The position numbers and the translations under genes were made by a program. A stretch of 20,000 nucleotides of DNA from Nitrospirae bacterium MYbin3 (GTDB lineage Bacteria > Nitrospirota > Thermodesulfovibrionia > Thermodesulfovibrionales > Dissulfurispiraceae), in NCBI GenBank assembly GCA_002753335.1, contig PEAD01000002.1, positions 173,478 to 193,477 on the forward strand. Direction: 5' to 3'. The first letter of the stretch is position 1. Each line of letters begins with the position of its first letter. Shown one piece after another: positions 17,966 to 20,000 of this stretch. The notes beneath the pieces were generated by a model. The model did no database searches and had not been told where the DNA came from. It saw only the letters and a list, made by a program, of their open reading frames with translations.

Positions 17966-18393
17966 TGCCCCATAACAGCAAGCCTCTGCTCCTTAAAATC
18001 AATTGAGCTATGTATGACTTTCAGTTCAAACTCTTCTCTTAGATCGCGGTTTGAATCGAACAACACTTCACCGGACCTGACTATATCATCAAGTAGTAAA
18101 ATGTTCGTTGAACTATTTAGAACAATCACATCAATATCGTTTCTTTTTAGGATCCTGCAAAAGTCAGCGTACAAGGAAAGCTTGGTGTCAAAATATTTAT
18201 ATTTTGCATCTGATGAAAGAAAGACGGCTATATCAAGATCGCTTAGTAAAGATGAAGAGTGTTGAGCAACTGAACCGAATAGATATGCTAAAATAACTTT
18301 TTCGCTGTATTTCTGAAAAACAGGCTGCAATGCATTTTTTATGAGATTTTCAGAAGTTGTATCTGACATATTGAAGTATTCATCCGCCTTCAT
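17962..18393 (-). CDS. mntA: MntA-like minimal nucleotidyltransferase antitoxin A
   Basis: LFGSVAQHSSSLLSDLD fits GSX10DXD; also IDVIVLN and IVRSGEVLF. The start could alternatively be 18369. Confidence 0.88.
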   Translation of the reverse strand: MKADEYFNMSDTTSENLIKNALQPVFQKYSEKVILAYLFGSVAQHSSSLLSDLDIAVFLSSDAKYKYFDTKLSLYADFCRILKRNDIDVIVLNSSTNILLLDDIVRSGEVLFDSNRDLREEFELKVIHSSIDFKEQRLAVMGH

Positions 18394-18812
18394 TTCAACT
18401 TTAGCTTTTCCTCAATCTTCCTCAGAAAGATCTCGATATCGAACCTTCCTGTTTGAAGCACATTATAAAGAATCTGGTAATCTATCTTTTCATAGTCGTG
18501 CGTTATTATATTTCTGAAACCAACCATTTTAACCAGTTTATCCGCAAGCTTTAATGAAATAATTCTTTCTTCGTTCAAAATATCAAACGCTTCGCTCATT
18601 GTAGTGGGTTTGCGATAGTTTTTATAGGCTATTACTGCCTCGGCCAGATCAATAGATGCTTGCACGGTAAGATAAAGGTAACGTTCAACTGCGCCTCTGA
18701 TGTCTATGTTGCTTTCTATTTCTTCCTTTTTATATTTCTTATAACGCAGGATTATCTTCAGATATTTTTTTGCAGAACTTATTTTGTTTTCGATTACTTT
18801 TATGCTGCTCAT
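18390..18812 (-). CDS. hepT: HepT-like (DUF86/HEPN) toxin B, intact
   Basis: AVERYL...IDLA and GFRNIITHDY (RX4HXY); 140 aa. Confidence 0.88.
   Translation of the reverse strand: MSSIKVIENKISSAKKYLKIILRYKKYKKEEIESNIDIRGAVERYLYLTVQASIDLAEAVIAYKNYRKPTTMSEAFDILNEERIISLKLADKLVKMVGFRNIITHDYEKIDYQILYNVLQTGRFDIEIFLRKIEEKLKLK
18631..18742. repeat. Direct repeat, copy 1 (copy 2 at 19885..19994)
   Basis: By eye, 18653..18742 and 19905..19994 are identical over 90 bp, with a further 17-bp identical block just to the left. Confidence 0.92.
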
Positions 18813-18940
18813 GCCAACGCCTTTGTTAAATTATACTTGGCCATCATTTTATGAAAATCGAAATACTCATTATAAATTCTGGGTTCAACAAGCAGTTTAA
18901 AAGGCTCCTTTTCGTAAATGAGCTTGCCTTCTTTTACAAT
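18809..18940 (-). pseudogene. 3' remnant of an mntA antitoxin gene (cognate partner of hepT-B)
   Basis: Manual translation IVKEGKLIYEKEPFKLLVEPRIYNEYFDFHKMMAKYNLTKALA* resembles MntA C-termini. Its stop overlaps the hepT-B start (ATGA). There is no upstream start codon or GSX10DXD motif. Confidence 0.78.
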
Positions 18941-18973
18941 TTTGTGTTCAACCCTTGACTCTTGATATTCATA

Positions 18974-19402
18974 TTATTCAACAGTTGCACTTTTCAGCCT
19001 CATAGCTACCACCTTGGCAAACTCTGAAAAGTCTGCAAGGTGATATTTAACAATGCTATGCACAATGTTCCAGTTGATACTTTCATAGTTGTGTACCGCG
19101 ATATTACGAAAACCCACTGCCTTTTTGAGACTGCTTGCCAACTCGTTATTCAATATACCTTCCTTCTCAAGTATATCAAATGTTTGCCCCATGGTCAACG
19201 GAGGCATCACTTCCATGCCAGCAATCAGGTGTGCTCCGATATCCACTGAGATTTGCACCGCACGACTGAGGTTAAGCGAGACAATGTCTTGAAGATCAAT
19301 GTCCGCTTCTAACCTAGTGGCATCCGTTGGACACTTTGTTTCCATGCGCCGCAAACAGCGACGCAATGATTCCAATTTTTGTTCGACTACTTCCCGATCC
19401 AT
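18974..19402 (-). CDS. hepT: HepT-like (DUF86/HEPN) toxin C, intact
   Basis: DLQDIVSLNLSRAVQISVDIGAH and AVGFRNIAVHNY (RX4HXY). Confidence 0.9.
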   Translation of the reverse strand: MDREVVEQKLESLRRCLRRMETKCPTDATRLEADIDLQDIVSLNLSRAVQISVDIGAHLIAGMEVMPPLTMGQTFDILEKEGILNNELASSLKKAVGFRNIAVHNYESINWNIVHSIVKYHLADFSEFAKVVAMRLKSATVE

Positions 19403-19809
19403 TCCATCCGCCTTTCCGCAAGTATTCTGGTCCTATACGGCATGAAGTCTGCGTACTCAAACAAATGCCGACTTATCAACTCGCCGTACAAAGTATCACT
19501 TCCAAACACTCTTCTGCCATTAAGCACTATTTTCCCAAGTAATGGCTGTGACACAACACGAAGATCGATTAAATCAATAGGGCGTCCGGTACTATAGGCC
19601 AATGCACCAACCAGAGCTATTTTTTCATGCTCAGTCAGAGCTTGTTTAGCAGCAACAGCTATATCCAAATCACTATCTGCGCGCTGACTACCCAAGGCAA
19701 CAGAACCAAATAAGATTGCAAGAGATATTTTAGGAAAATGTTCCAACACCTCCTTGAGTTGCATATCTATTGGCTGTTGAAATTGAGATGCCGCTTCAAT
19801 TGCTTTCAT
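19387..19809 (-). CDS. mntA: MntA-like minimal nucleotidyltransferase antitoxin C
   Basis: LFGSVALGSQRADSDLD (GSX10DXD) and GRPIDLIDL. Overlaps the hepT-C start. Confidence 0.9.
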   Translation of the reverse strand: MKAIEAASQFQQPIDMQLKEVLEHFPKISLAILFGSVALGSQRADSDLDIAVAAKQALTEHEKIALVGALAYSTGRPIDLIDLRVVSQPLLGKIVLNGRRVFGSDTLYGELISRHLFEYADFMPYRTRILAERRMEWIGK

Positions 19810-19884
19810 ATGCTTATCATCAAAATAACCTGATCCCTCAAAGGAACTTACGCCAAATTTGAAATTATTACCTTTGCCGATCTA

Positions 19885-20000
19885 ATTACTGCCTCGGCCA
19901 GTTCTAGATGCTTGCACGGTAAGATAAAGGTAACGTTCAACTGCGCCTCTGATGTCTATGTTGCTTTCTATTTCTTCCTTTTTATATTTCTTATTTTTGC
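19885..20000 (-). pseudogene. Degraded near-identical copy of part of hepT-B
   Basis: 19885..19994 matches 18631..18742 apart from GATCAAT->GTTCT (net -2 nt). The last bases match hepT-B again after an apparent short deletion. Confidence 0.85.

Noticed and set aside
18809..19402. Read-through HepT-C/MntA-remnant fusion (the remnant is in frame after the TAA at 18974)
   Set aside because: TAA is an efficient stop, and being in frame has a one-in-three chance.
983..19597. Numerous plus-strand and nested ORFs of 60-160 aa in the ORF track
   Set aside because: They are antisense or out-of-frame shadows of well-supported minus-strand genes and show no recognisable motifs.
17571..20000. Integron cassette array, CRISPR array or IS element
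   Set aside because: No integrase or transposase, no convincing attC palindromes and no regularly spaced repeats were found.

Overview
All supported genes lie on the minus strand. About 1-17550 is a tightly coupled surface-glycan biosynthesis operon. In transcription order it encodes: a fused ABC exporter/flippase, pseB, pseC, a cobalamin-binding radical SAM enzyme, a Gfo/Idh/MocA oxidoreductase, an SpsF-like cytidylyltransferase, a class III aminotransferase, a xylose-isomerase-like TIM-barrel protein, an atypical formyltransferase-fold protein, a SAM methyltransferase, a PIG-L deacetylase, pseI, an AT-rich putative glycosyltransferase, a second cobalamin radical SAM enzyme, a NeuD/PglD-type acetyltransferase, a perosamine-synthase-like aminotransferase and a partial NodB deacetylase. 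The core is a pseudaminic-acid-type pathway with no recognisable PseG or PseH in the window, surrounded by a rich tailoring set. This suggests a heavily modified, possibly C-methylated or extra-aminated, nonulosonate glycan (inference). About 17571-20000 is a decaying tandem array of MntA/HepT (MNT-HEPN, type VII) toxin-antitoxin genes: one intact pair, a frameshifted hepT, an intact hepT whose own mntA survives only as a 3' remnant, and a near-identical degraded duplicate of that hepT at the window edge.
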